A stretch of 64,000 nt of DNA, from the NCBI GenBank assembly GCA_964646615.1, contig CAZYEV010000006.1:951-64950 (forward strand), given 5' to 3'. The notes below the pieces were generated by a model that did no database searches, was not told the origin of the DNA, and worked only from the letters and a program-made list of their open reading frames with translations. Below are positions 1 to 9,684 of the stretch, piece after piece; positions within the stretch are counted from its first letter, which is position 1, and the number at the start of each line of letters is the position of its first letter. Both the position numbers and the translations under genes were made by a program. The stretch is from an uncultured Saprospiraceae bacterium. GTDB taxonomy: Bacteria > Bacteroidota > Bacteroidia > Chitinophagales > Saprospiraceae.

Positions 1-402
1 CAGCCCATTATCCTGGGGCCCTTCGATGGCGACGGCAAGACGCCCTACGTCTTTGTGGTGCAGGACAAGGACAAGCCCGCCTGCGCGGACTACGACAAAT
101 TAGGCGTGATAGATTGCCCCGACTTTGCGCCGCCTACCCCGCCCACAGCAGCTACGACCCTGAGCCTGTCGCCCAATCCAGCTACCAACTGGGTAACCGT
201 CATGGCCAAATCCCAGAGCGGCACCGTCATCGGCCAGGCAGTAGCTGAGGTGCGCAAACCCGACGGACGCCTCATGCGCACCGAAGTGGTGCCCAACGGC
301 AACCTGTTCACGCTCAACGTGGCCGAACTGCCCGCCGGCATCTACCGCCTGTCGGTGCAAACAGCCGAAGGACGCTACGAAAGCACGTTCGTCAAGCAGT
401 AA
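1..402 (+). CDS. 3' end of a secreted protein with a T9SS (Por) C-terminal sorting domain; the 5' end lies outside the window
   Basis: Frame 1 is open from nt 1 (QPIILGPFDGDGKTPYVFV...) to TAA at 400-402. The tail LSLSPNPATNWVTV...GIYRLSVQTAEGRYESTFVKQ matches the Bacteroidota T9SS CTD pattern. A strong terminator follows. Confidence 0.7.
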   Translation, partial: QPIILGPFDGDGKTPYVFVVQDKDKPACADYDKLGVIDCPDFAPPTPPTAATTLSLSPNPATNWVTVMAKSQSGTVIGQAVAEVRKPDGRLMRTEVVPNGNLFTLNVAELPAGIYRLSVQTAEGRYESTFVKQ

Positions 403-423
403 CAGCCAACTGAACGCTATCCG

Positions 424-463
424 GAGCGAGCGCGGAGATGCCTCTGCGCTCGCTCTGTTTTTA
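424..463 (+). terminator. Rho-independent terminator of the T9SS-CTD gene
   Basis: gagcgagcgcggag-atgc-ctctgcgctcgctc forms a 14-bp stem with one G-U pair and a 4-nt loop, followed by tgttttt. Confidence 0.8.
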
Positions 464-617
464 GAGGGCAGCACACTGCAAGACCTGGATATACGGGCAC
501 CTTCTCGAGCGTATGGGCAGATAACTCGAACAGAAAAGGTGCGTCCAGGTGTCGGCGCGAGCACCGCGGGAATGGTGAGCGCTGTGCGGGCCTTTGGCGG
601 CGCCGTACCTTCGCCCC

Positions 618-1775
618 ATGTTTCACCCGCATCTGAAAATTGGTATCCTGGGCGGTGGGCAATTGGGCAAAATGCTGTGCCAGGCTGCCGCTGATTGGCA
701 CCTCGACATTTCCGTTCTCGACCCTACGCCCGACGCTCCGGCGGTGCACCTGTGCCGCGAATTTGTCGCAGGTGACTTCCGCGACTACGACGCCGTGCTG
801 ACTTTCGGCCAAAAAGCCGACCTGCTGACGGTGGAGATTGAGCAGGTCAATGTGCAGGCGCTGTACGAATTGGAGCGCATGGGCAAGGTGATACACCCCG
901 CTCCGCGTGCGCTGGAGCTTATTCAGGACAAAGGCCGGCAGAAGGTCTTCTATGCCGAAAACGGCATTCCGACGGCGGCCTTCGAGTTGTTCGACGACGA
1001 CGAGGCGCTGCTTCAGGCCGTTCGCTCCGGTCGCTGGCCGTTGCCGCTGGTGCAAAAGACGCGCACGGCTGGCTACGACGGGCGCGGGGTGGCGGTTTTG
1101 CGCACACCAGAGGATTTGGAGACGAAGCGCTTGCGCGGCCCTTGCCTGGCGGAAGCGTACGTGCCTTTGCGGGCAGAGGTCGCCGTCATTGCCGCGCGCA
1201 GCACTACCGATGAGGTGGCCGTATTTCCGCCCGTAGAAATGGACTTTCACCCCGAAGCCAATCTGGTAGAGATGCTGTTGTGCCCGGCCCGTCTGTCGCC
1301 CTTTGAGGCTGCGGAAGCCGAGGCACTGGCCGAGCGCGTCATTCGGGCCTTCGACCTGTGCGGCCTGTTGGCTGTGGAAATGTTCCTGACGGAGGACGGG
1401 CGTCTGCTCGTCAACGAGGTGGCGCCGCGCCCCCACAACAGCGGCCACCACACCATCGAGGCGGCAGCGACGAGCCAGTTTCAGCAGCACCTGCGGGCCA
1501 TCTGCGGCCTGCCTCTGGGCGATACCTCGCTGCGCCTGCCGGCGGCCATGCTCAATGTGCTGGGCGCGCCCGAACACCACGGCCCAGTCCATTACGAAGG
1601 CGTGGAGACCCTGCTGGCCGAACCGGGCGTCTATCTGCACCTGTACGGCAAGCAGAAGACGGCGCCTTTCCGCAAGATGGGCCACATCACCGTAACAGCA
1701 CCGACGTTGGACGAGGTGGTGGCAAAGGCGCGCCGTGTGCGCGACATCGTGCGCGTGGTCAGTCGGCCAGAATAA
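618..1775 (+). CDS. purK: N5-carboxyaminoimidazole ribonucleotide synthase (ATP-grasp)
   Basis: KIGILGGGQLGKML N-terminus, ATP-grasp core and NEVAPRPHNSGHHT motif. The ORF-track start at 594 is TTG; the first ATG is at 618. Confidence 0.85.
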   Translation: MFHPHLKIGILGGGQLGKMLCQAAADWHLDISVLDPTPDAPAVHLCREFVAGDFRDYDAVLTFGQKADLLTVEIEQVNVQALYELERMGKVIHPAPRALELIQDKGRQKVFYAENGIPTAAFELFDDDEALLQAVRSGRWPLPLVQKTRTAGYDGRGVAVLRTPEDLETKRLRGPCLAEAYVPLRAEVAVIAARSTTDEVAVFPPVEMDFHPEANLVEMLLCPARLSPFEAAEAEALAERVIRAFDLCGLLAVEMFLTEDGRLLVNEVAPRPHNSGHHTIEAAATSQFQQHLRAICGLPLGDTSLRLPAAMLNVLGAPEHHGPVHYEGVETLLAEPGVYLHLYGKQKTAPFRKMGHITVTAPTLDEVVAKARRVRDIVRVVSRPE

Positions 1776-1789
1776 GCGACGAGGTGGCT

Positions 1790-2497
1790 TCAAGTCGTCC
1801 TGTCGCTATCGCCTTCGCGCCAACGCGCATACAGGTCGGGTCTTCGCGTGCGGGTACGCTCGAGGCTTTGCTCGTGTCGCCATTCGGAGATGCGCTTTTC
1901 GTGGCCCGACAGCAGCACTTCGGGCACCGCCATGCCTTCCCATTCGGCCGGGCGCGTATAGACGGGTGGGGCCAGCAGGTCGTCCTGGAAGCTGTCGGAG
2001 AGGGCCGACGTTTCGTCGTTGAGTACGCCGGGTATGAGGCGGCCCACGGCGTCCACGAGCACGGCAGCGGCCAGCTCGCCGCCGGAGAGGACGTAGTCGC
2101 CGATGCTGATTTCTAAGGTAACGAACTTCTGGCGGATGCGTTCGTCAATGCCTTTGTAGTGGCCGCACAGCAGCAGGAGGTTTTCCTTGAGCGACAGGTG
2201 GTTGCACAGTCTTTGGTCGAGCGTGATGCCGTCGGGAGTGAGGTAGATGACCTCGTCGTAGGTGCGCTCGCTTTGCAGTTGTCGGATGCAGGCAGCCAGC
2301 GGTTCGGGCCGCATGATCATGCCGGCGCCGCCGCCGAAGGGGTAGTCGTCCACCTGCCGGTGTCGGCCCAGGCCGTATTGGCGCAGGTCGTGTACCTGCA
2401 CGTGTAATAGCCCGCGTTCTTGCGCCCGCTTGAGGATGGAGTGGTTGAGCGGGCTTTCGAGCAATTCGGGCAGGACGGTAACGATATCGAAGCGCAT
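1790..2497 (-). CDS. trmD: tRNA (guanine37-N1)-methyltransferase
   Basis: [13 protein letters not shown]..., [24 protein letters not shown] and GDYVLSGGE motifs. ATG verified at 2497; the 118-aa upstream extension of the ORF track is low-complexity and overlaps the next gene. Confidence 0.9.
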   Translation of the reverse strand: MRFDIVTVLPELLESPLNHSILKRAQERGLLHVQVHDLRQYGLGRHRQVDDYPFGGGAGMIMRPEPLAACIRQLQSERTYDEVIYLTPDGITLDQRLCNHLSLKENLLLLCGHYKGIDERIRQKFVTLEISIGDYVLSGGELAAAVLVDAVGRLIPGVLNDETSALSDSFQDDLLAPPVYTRPAEWEGMAVPEVLLSGHEKRISEWRHEQSLERTRTRRPDLYARWREGDSDRTT

Positions 2498-2504
2498 AGG
2501 TGGG

Positions 2505-3551
2505 TCAGGGTTGGCGGTCGTACAGCTGACGCAAAAAGGCCATGGTATCGGCCCCGTCGGCGTAGTCGTCCAGTTCGGGTTGCTGGCTTTTGCCAAAGGG
2601 CAGGGCGCTGAAGTCGCGCAGTTTGACTTTGCTGACGATGCACTGAATGCCGTCTTTTTGTTCGGCCAGCATCGCTTCCAGGTCGAAGAGTTCGTCGTAG
2701 TATTCGTAATGTGCCGAGGCGATGCGGGCTTGCAGGCTGCTCTCTTCGCGCAGCAGCAGGCAGCCGTTGTTGAGGTGCGGCGTGTGGTTGAGGAGGAATA
2801 GGGCCAGGTTGTAGTCGTAATTGTTTTTGTACTTATCGTGCAGGAGGACATCTCGGTTTTCGGCCAGGATGTCGAGCAGGTGGTCGAAGCGGTATCCGTG
2901 TGGTACGTAGAGTTTGGACACGTTGCGGCATCCGAGGCCGAAGTAGGTAAAAATATCGCGCCCCAGTGCGCGCAGTTCGTCGTCGGTTTCGTAGCCGGTC
3001 AGGACGGCCACGCTGTTTCGGTTGCGCCGGATGATGTTGGGGTATTTGCCGAAGTACTGCTCGAAGTAGCGGGCCGTGTTATTGCTGCCGGTAGCAATGA
3101 CGGCGTCCATGTCGCGGAGTCGTTCGCTTTCGTCCAGAAAATGAGTGTATTCCCAGCTTTCAAAGGCCCAATCACCCATTTTCTTAACGAGGAAGGGCAG
3201 CAGGTAGCGGTCTTTCTCCGAGCATTTGACCAGTGCCTTGTGGCCAGCGACGAAGGTGCACAGCCAGTCGTGAAAGCCCACGAGCGGGATGTTGCCGGCC
3301 ATGACGATGCCCACGGTTTTTTGCGGATGCGCTGCATCGGGCATGGGGTATCGGGCGGCCCAGGCGGTGAGTTTTTCCTCGGCTAAAAAAGCCGTAGCAA
3401 TGGCCGACAGGGCCTGGCGGATGTTTTCGGGCGTAAACCAGCGGTTGGCCACATAGGCTTGCTGGATGACGGCTTCCAGGGCCTCATCGGGCGTTTCCCG
3501 CAGGTAATGACCCAGTTCGGCCAGCAGTTCGATGCGTTCGCGTTGCGTCAA
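2505..3551 (-). CDS. LuxC-like acyl-CoA reductase family protein
   Basis: 348 aa. The layout and the [14 protein letters not shown] region resemble Bacteroidota LuxC-type acyl-CoA reductases. The start codon at 3551 is TTG and there is no nearby in-frame ATG. Confidence 0.55.
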   Translation of the reverse strand: MTQRERIELLAELGHYLRETPDEALEAVIQQAYVANRWFTPENIRQALSAIATAFLAEEKLTAWAARYPMPDAAHPQKTVGIVMAGNIPLVGFHDWLCTFVAGHKALVKCSEKDRYLLPFLVKKMGDWAFESWEYTHFLDESERLRDMDAVIATGSNNTARYFEQYFGKYPNIIRRNRNSVAVLTGYETDDELRALGRDIFTYFGLGCRNVSKLYVPHGYRFDHLLDILAENRDVLLHDKYKNNYDYNLALFLLNHTPHLNNGCLLLREESSLQARIASAHYEYYDELFDLEAMLAEQKDGIQCIVSKVKLRDFSALPFGKSQQPELDDYADGADTMAFLRQLYDRQP

Positions 3552-3746
3552 GGGAGATGTATTTTTTTAACGGGCAAAGTTACCGCCTCGCCCCAGCTCG
3601 GAGGGGCGTTTGAGGGCGATAATCTCAGGGAGGCTGCCGGGCTGCTGATGAGCGCAGCAGGTGCATCGCAAAAGCGCACGGTGCTTCTTTTGTGGAAAAA
3701 GTCGTCTCTTAGCGGCCAAAAAGAGCCACGTAATTCAGCAACGCGT

Positions 3747-5042
3747 ATGCGAGTCATTGTCATCGGCGGCGGCATCATCGGGCTAAGTGCCGCCTATTAC
3801 CTGCAAGAAGCGGGCTGCGAGGTCGTCGTGCTGGAAAAAGGCGATCTCACCGACAACTGTTCGTTTGGCAACATGGGCTACCTTTCGCCGTCGCACTTTG
3901 TGCCTCTGGCGTCGCCCGGCGTGGTGGCGCAGGGCATCTGGTGGCTGCTTCATGCAGAAAGCCCGTTTTACATTCGGCCCAGCCTGGACTGGCGGCTCAT
4001 AGACTGGGGCCTGAAGTTCATGCGGGCAGCCACGCCGGCTCATATGGAACGCTCAGCGCGCCCGTTGGCCGATTTGTTGCTGCTGTCGAAGGCCGAGACA
4101 AAGCGCTGGGCCGAGTCAGGCCTGTTGGACATGGAGTACACTGAGCATGGCTGTGTGATGTGGTACAATACGCCCAAAGGCGAAAAAAATGAGGTGGAAA
4201 CAGCCCGTCGGGCGGAAGACTTAGGTCTGAAAGTAACCGTGCTCGATGGCGAGCAGGCCAGAGCCTTAGAGCCTGACGCACAAATAGAAGTGCGTGGCGG
4301 TGTGCTGTACCACGACGACGCGCACCTGTACCCGAATGCACTGATGGAGCAGCTGCCGCGCGTGCTGGAGCGCCGCGGCGTGCGGGTATTGCGCAACAGC
4401 GAAGCTATCGGGTTTGAGCGCTCCAACCGGGCGATTGTCGCCGTTCGTTACCGGCCCACAGGCGCAGCCAACGGTGCTGAAGAGCAGCTAAGTGCCGACC
4501 TGGTTGTGCTTGCGGCAGGTTCCTGGTCGCCGCAGCTGGCGCGCCTGAGCGGTGAGTACCTGCCCATGATGCCCGGCAAAGGCTATTCCGTAACGGTGGA
4601 TAACCCCCAGCGGAAACTCAACTATCCGTGTATTTTCAAAGAGGCTAAAGTGGCCCTCACCCCCTGGCGCCAGCGTCTGCGCATTGGCAGCACGATGGAA
4701 ATCGGCCACATGGACAACCGCATTCGCCTGCGCCGCGTGCAAGGCATCCTGCGTGCCGTACAGGAGTACATGCCGGGCATCGCCGCTGACCCCGGCGTAC
4801 AAGCCTTACAGGATGCTCAGACGCTACGCCAACGGGCCTGGTTCGGCTACCGGCCTCTGTCGGCCGATGGTCTGCCGTATATTGGCTTTGGGCGCCACAA
4901 CCGAAACCTCATCATCGCCACCGGCCATTGCATGATTGGCGTCAGCATGGCCTCTGGTACCGGTCGGCTCGTCGCAGAATTGGCCACAGGCAAACCAACC
5001 GCCATACCTGTGGCTGATTTTGACCCCAAGCGCTACGCTTAG
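3747..5042 (+). CDS. FAD-dependent oxidoreductase (D-amino-acid dehydrogenase / DAO family)
   Basis: MRVIVIGGGIIGLSAAYYL...VVVLEK Rossmann GxGxxG-E fold and a C-terminal GHCMIGVSMASGTG segment typical of the DadA/DAO family. ATG verified at 3747. Confidence 0.7.
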   Translation: MRVIVIGGGIIGLSAAYYLQEAGCEVVVLEKGDLTDNCSFGNMGYLSPSHFVPLASPGVVAQGIWWLLHAESPFYIRPSLDWRLIDWGLKFMRAATPAHMERSARPLADLLLLSKAETKRWAESGLLDMEYTEHGCVMWYNTPKGEKNEVETARRAEDLGLKVTVLDGEQARALEPDAQIEVRGGVLYHDDAHLYPNALMEQLPRVLERRGVRVLRNSEAIGFERSNRAIVAVRYRPTGAANGAEEQLSADLVVLAAGSWSPQLARLSGEYLPMMPGKGYSVTVDNPQRKLNYPCIFKEAKVALTPWRQRLRIGSTMEIGHMDNRIRLRRVQGILRAVQEYMPGIAADPGVQALQDAQTLRQRAWFGYRPLSADGLPYIGFGRHNRNLIIATGHCMIGVSMASGTGRLVAELATGKPTAIPVADFDPKRYA

Positions 5043-5149
5043 CGTTCCATCCATCGGCATAGCGGAAGACTTTGAGGTGGTTAGACCGCATTCCTGTAAA
5101 CCCGGCAGGGGGGCCTATCTTTGCCCAGAACCGAAAAAACATCCGCCCA

Positions 5150-6148
5150 ATGTTGTATAGAAATCTATTCATCGTTTGCTGCCTCGGTGTCTTGCGCCTC
5201 TCCGCACAGCCTTTTTCACCCGTGCTCGTGGCCGACCGCACTTTCAAAATGGACGGCGACCACATGTTTACGTATGCCTTTGCCAAAGACGACGAAGTGC
5301 AATTGCGCATGGAAGTGCTCGTCGGTCGTCAGGTGCGTCAGGTAGAATTTACCCAACTCAACGGGCCTATCCTGTTCAGCACGTATGCGCTCGATACGTC
5401 GCTGACGCATCGCATCCGCATCCCTCATACGGGCATCTATCAGCTGACGGTGCGCGAACGCGGCTTGGGCAAAAAGGTCTGCCGTTTCGTGCTGCACCGC
5501 ACGCCGGCGTCGCCAATTACCGAGCGTTTCGATACGCAGGTCAACTGGGACGTGCAGCAATATCCCAACTTTCGCGAGCAAAAACGCTCCGTGTTGGTCG
5601 GCACGCAGACCGAAATCGTCTCGCTGGGCGGTCAGGTCAATGTCAGCGCCAGCAAGATGTGGACGAAAAAACCCATGGGCCTTTATCAGTTTACTTTACC
5701 GCCCAACACAGCACGCTGGGCTTTTCGCATCACCGTAGGCCAGGCCACCGCCGAGGCGCGCCGAAAAGACGCCGAAGCCCTCAAAAACCTCCTCCAATCA
5801 GGAGCAGCAAAAGCATTGGCTGTTGCTCCTCAAACAGCCCTGGCAGCCTTCGCCCTCGGCGCCGCTGTGGATCTGAGCGTGCCCAAAGTCGGCGAAGTCA
5901 TTGACTACGCCCTACTCTCTCGCGAAAACGCCGAAAAATTCCTCAAAGGCGAAAAATATCAGGCCTTCATTTTTCAGGAAAACGTCAGCGCCGACGTGCA
6001 GCGCCGCCTCACACCGTTGGCAGGCACCTGGCATTTCGCCTTCCGAAACGACAACTGGGTGGACGACATCGCCGTACAGGTGGATATCGAAGCCGTCGTC
6101 GAAACCCCCGTCTATGCCCAGGAAACCTACCTGGAACCCATAAAATGA
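5150..6148 (+). CDS. Hypothetical secreted protein
   Basis: ATG at 5150 followed by the signal-like MLYRNLFIVCCLGVLRLSAQ. I recognise no family motif. Confidence 0.5.
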   Translation: MLYRNLFIVCCLGVLRLSAQPFSPVLVADRTFKMDGDHMFTYAFAKDDEVQLRMEVLVGRQVRQVEFTQLNGPILFSTYALDTSLTHRIRIPHTGIYQLTVRERGLGKKVCRFVLHRTPASPITERFDTQVNWDVQQYPNFREQKRSVLVGTQTEIVSLGGQVNVSASKMWTKKPMGLYQFTLPPNTARWAFRITVGQATAEARRKDAEALKNLLQSGAAKALAVAPQTALAAFALGAAVDLSVPKVGEVIDYALLSRENAEKFLKGEKYQAFIFQENVSADVQRRLTPLAGTWHFAFRNDNWVDDIAVQVDIEAVVETPVYAQETYLEPIK

Positions 6149-6362
6149 AGCCTGTCCTCAAAAAGGGCAGGTAACAAATCCGAACGTTAGCCAGATTGAG
6201 TAAGTGCTGATTAACAGCTGTTTAGGTCAAATGTCTGAGCCAGCGCTTCACCAATTGCAGGTAACGCAATGGGCCTTTTTGTTGTCGCCCTGCCTCACTC
6301 GTTGCCTTCACCTTTGGCATGAAAAGTTTCTCCATGAAACTTCTCATGCGACGACAAAGCTG

Positions 6363-6392
6363 AAGCGATGCAAATGAGCATCGCTTTTTTTG
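6363..6392 (+). terminator. Rho-independent terminator in the AT-rich spacer upstream of recA
   Basis: aagcgatgc-aaatga-gcatcgctt stem-loop followed by a run of 7 T. Confidence 0.6.
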
Positions 6393-6493
6393 TTTGGGCA
6401 GGGCAGAAGAGGGTCTTCGCATCCGGGATATGCCGTACATTTGACTGCCTCGAAAAAAAGTTGTGGCAGGGCTTGCGCAAAAACATTTTGTTT

Positions 6494-6501
6494 TACTTTT
6501 G
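6494..6501 (+). promoter_or_regulatory. Candidate Bacteroidota sigma-A -7 box (TAnnTTTG) for recA
   Basis: tacttttg lies 42 nt upstream of the recA ATG. A TTG at 6473-6475 gives an 18-nt spacer. Confidence 0.4.
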
Positions 6502-6542
6502 TGCCGGCTTTTTTCAGAAACACCCTCAACTGCACACATTTT

Positions 6543-7619
6543 ATGTCAAAAGAAAAAGACGATAGACTCAGGACCCTGCAAGCCACCATTGAGCGCTTAG
6601 ATAAAACCTACGGCAAAGGCACGGTAATGCGCTTAGGCGACAAGCAAGCTGTAGAGGTGGACGTGATACCCACTGGTTCATTGGGTCTGGATATTGCCCT
6701 GGGCTGCGGCGGCTATCCGCGCGGGCGAATTATCGAGATTTATGGCCCCGAGTCATCGGGTAAGACAACACTGGCCATTCACGCCATTGCCGAATGCCAG
6801 AAGAAAGGCGGCATCGGCGCCATCATTGACGCCGAGCACGCTTTTGACCGCTTCTACGCCGAGAATTTGGGTGTGGACGTCAATAACCTGCTCATCAGCC
6901 AGCCCGACAACGGCGAACAGGCGTTGGAAATCGCCGAAAATCTGATCCGCTCCGGCGCCGTGGACATCGTCGTGGTGGACTCCGTGGCAGCCCTCGTGCC
7001 CCGCTCCGAAATCGAGGGCGAAATGGGCGACTCAAAAGTGGGCCTCCAGGCGCGCCTGATGAGCCAGGCCATGCGCAAGCTCGCTGCCGCCATTGGGCGC
7101 ACGGGGTGCTGCTGCATCTTCATCAACCAGCTGCGCGAAAAAATCGGCGTTATGTTCGGCAACCCGGAGACAACCACCGGCGGTAATGCGCTCAAGTTTT
7201 ATGCCTCCGTACGCCTCGATATCCGCAAGAGCGGCGCTGCCATCAAAGACAAAGAGGGCAACGTCGTGGGCAACCAGGTGAAGGTCAAAGTGGTGAAAAA
7301 CAAACTGGCTCCGCCGTTCCGCGTGGCCACGTTTGACATCGTCTTCGGCCAGGGAGTGTCCAAAGTAGGCGAAATTGTGGACCTCGGCACAGACTTAGAC
7401 GTCATCCAGAAAAGCGGTGCCTGGTACAGTTACGAGGGTACCAAAATTGCCCAGGGCCGCGATGCCGCCAAGCAATTCCTCCAGGACAACCCGGAGCTGG
7501 CCGCCGAAATCGAGAAAAAAATCAAGGAGAAAATCGCCGCTGGCCAGCCAACGACGCGCAGCGCTGCTGCGCCTGTTGTTCCGCTGGATGAACTGGGCGG
7601 CGAGGAAGACGACTTCTAA
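6543..7619 (+). CDS. recA: Recombinase A
   Basis: [26 protein letters not shown], Walker [10 protein letters not shown], and full-length RecA similarity by eye. ATG verified at 6543. Confidence 0.97.
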   Translation: MSKEKDDRLRTLQATIERLDKTYGKGTVMRLGDKQAVEVDVIPTGSLGLDIALGCGGYPRGRIIEIYGPESSGKTTLAIHAIAECQKKGGIGAIIDAEHAFDRFYAENLGVDVNNLLISQPDNGEQALEIAENLIRSGAVDIVVVDSVAALVPRSEIEGEMGDSKVGLQARLMSQAMRKLAAAIGRTGCCCIFINQLREKIGVMFGNPETTTGGNALKFYASVRLDIRKSGAAIKDKEGNVVGNQVKVKVVKNKLAPPFRVATFDIVFGQGVSKVGEIVDLGTDLDVIQKSGAWYSYEGTKIAQGRDAAKQFLQDNPELAAEIEKKIKEKIAAGQPTTRSAAAPVVPLDELGGEEDDF

Positions 7620-7628
7620 AGGCGTGGC

Positions 7629-9497
7629 TCAACGCTGCTGCTTCGTCTCTTCGAGGATTTTTTTAGCGTGTATGGTTTGCGGATGGTCTTCCCCCAGGTC
7701 TCTGCGGAAGATAGGGTAGGATTGTTCCATCAGCCGAATGGCCGCTTCTCGTTCGCCGGTGAGGGCATACAGCTGCGCCAGGTTGAAATAAAAGCACGCA
7801 GTGTTCAGGTGGTCTTTGCCGTAGATTTTCTCGGCATAAGCGGTGGTTTCTTCCATTAACGAAATCGAGTCGCCCTCTATGCGTATTTCATCCGTGTGGG
7901 TATCCATCCTTTTGTAGAAGGTCGAGACTCGGGTGGTGCGGGCACCGGGCTTTTGCTTTTCAGCTTTTTTCAATTTTTTCTGTAGCGCTCGCCCTTCGGC
8001 AATGCGGCCGGTGAGCATGTACACCGAAGACAGGTTGGTGCACACTCCGGTGGCATCGGGGTGGTCGAGGCCTACGCTTTGCTCGTAGGCTTTCAGTGCC
8101 TTCTCCAACAGTTCCTCAGCCTTTTTGAGGTTGCCCTTGGTGAGGTGTATGGCGGCTACGTTGTTGTAGCTGCGTGCAGTGGCAGGATGACGCCACCCGA
8201 ATTTTCGTTCGTGAGCGGCGAGGGCTTTTTCCATCATGGTCAGGGCGTTGTCGGTGTCGCCCAGATGGTTATAGACGATGCCCAGTTCCGTATAGCCATA
8301 GATGGTGTTGGGGTCGTCGGGGCCGAGGTGGGTTTCCCACAGGTTCAGGGCTTTCTCCATTAGTTCTCTGGCGCGCGCGTAGTCGCCTCTGCTGGCCAGT
8401 ATTTTGGCCTCCTCGAAGTAGTCGGAGGCTTCTTCCACCTCTTTGGAGTCGGGTTGGCTTTGCTGGAGTGCCGCCGTCTTTTTCGCCAATGCCTGGGCAC
8501 CCTTGTGGTCGTTCAGGTCGTTGAGTATTTCGGCCAACTTGTTGTACGCTTCCAACGTATTAGGGTGGTGGAGGCCGGCATTTTTTTCGCACAGTTTTAC
8601 GGTCTTTTCCAAGAGTTTGCGCGCGCCTTCGAGGTCGCCGGTTTCGTGGAGTAAGTTGCCCCACATGAAATAGGTGGCTGCGGTGAGTTGGTCGTCAGGC
8701 CCAAGTTGGCGCTCCACTAAGGTGGCGGCCCGTTCCCATACCGCTTTTGCGCCCTCCACATCGCCTTGTTCGCGAAGGGCGGTAGCCAGCATGTTGTAGG
8801 CCGAGCGCGTGCTCTGGCTTTCCAGCCCCAGGTTCGCCTCCATAAGCGGCAGTGCTTTTTGCAGCACGGCCTGCAGTTCGGCATAGCGGCCCGCCCCATG
8901 GAGCATGCAGGCCAGACTGTGGTGTGCTGCGGCCACCACTGGATGCTCCGGTTCAAACGTGCGCTCAATGATGTCGAGCGCTTTTCGGGATGCAGCACAT
9001 GCCTCCTCGTGCTTGCCCAAATGGTGCAGCGTCCTGGCCAGCTCATTGTAGCCCTCCGCCGTCAGGAAGTGGTCGGGGCCCAGATGCTTTTCCGACATGG
9101 CGATATGCTTCTGCCAGTGCGATAGTGATGTCTCTACGTCGCCGGAGTCCCGGATGACCTTCACTAAAGTGCCGTGCGCGCTGACAATGGTTTCCCATTC
9201 TTCCATCTCTAAGGCCAGCGCGAAGGAACGGCGGGCATGATAGAGCGCCTGTTCGTAGTCTTTCCCCTGCAGGTAATGATGCGCCAGGCTTTCGTGGGCG
9301 TACTGCGAAGCGGGTGCGTCCTCCTCGTCGTCCTTAGAGGTCGAGGGGCCGCCCAAACCTTCAGCCGCCTTCTTCAACATGAGCGCGAAGTAGCGATAGA
9401 GCTCGTCCTTCGAGGTTTCATCGGCAGGCTTGCCGGAAAATATGGCATTTTTCAGGCGTTCCCATTCCTGGATAATCCTGAGCCGTTTTTCATGCAT
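7629..9497 (-). CDS. Tetratricopeptide-repeat protein (kinesin-light-chain-like TPR_10/12 repeats)
   Basis: About 12 tandem 42-aa units of the type A.....LA.LY...G.Y..A..L...AL.I.E..LG.DHP.T. ATG at 9497; the ORF-track start at 9566 is GTG and remains possible. Confidence 0.7.
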   Translation of the reverse strand: MHEKRLRIIQEWERLKNAIFSGKPADETSKDELYRYFALMLKKAAEGLGGPSTSKDDEEDAPASQYAHESLAHHYLQGKDYEQALYHARRSFALALEMEEWETIVSAHGTLVKVIRDSGDVETSLSHWQKHIAMSEKHLGPDHFLTAEGYNELARTLHHLGKHEEACAASRKALDIIERTFEPEHPVVAAAHHSLACMLHGAGRYAELQAVLQKALPLMEANLGLESQSTRSAYNMLATALREQGDVEGAKAVWERAATLVERQLGPDDQLTAATYFMWGNLLHETGDLEGARKLLEKTVKLCEKNAGLHHPNTLEAYNKLAEILNDLNDHKGAQALAKKTAALQQSQPDSKEVEEASDYFEEAKILASRGDYARARELMEKALNLWETHLGPDDPNTIYGYTELGIVYNHLGDTDNALTMMEKALAAHERKFGWRHPATARSYNNVAAIHLTKGNLKKAEELLEKALKAYEQSVGLDHPDATGVCTNLSSVYMLTGRIAEGRALQKKLKKAEKQKPGARTTRVSTFYKRMDTHTDEIRIEGDSISLMEETTAYAEKIYGKDHLNTACFYFNLAQLYALTGEREAAIRLMEQSYPIFRRDLGEDHPQTIHAKKILEETKQQR

Positions 9498-9684
9498 ACG
9501 TTGTAACGGTTTGGTGAAAAATTGGAGGGCAGGCCGTCCGCATCTTTCGATACGTTTACCTTGCACAAATGTACGCTATAAAATGCAATTTCAGCGCCTG
9601 GCCAATAGCCAGCACGGACTTTGTTTTATGGCGTACTTTTAACGGCTGCTGCTTGGTCTTCGAGGGAAAAAAGAGCAGGAGGCT

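Noticed and set aside
417-1793. 458-aa ORF on the minus strand
   Set aside because: It is entirely antisense to purK. The sequence is Arg/Ala/Gly-rich and low-complexity, typical of shadow ORFs in high-GC DNA, and has no recognisable motif.
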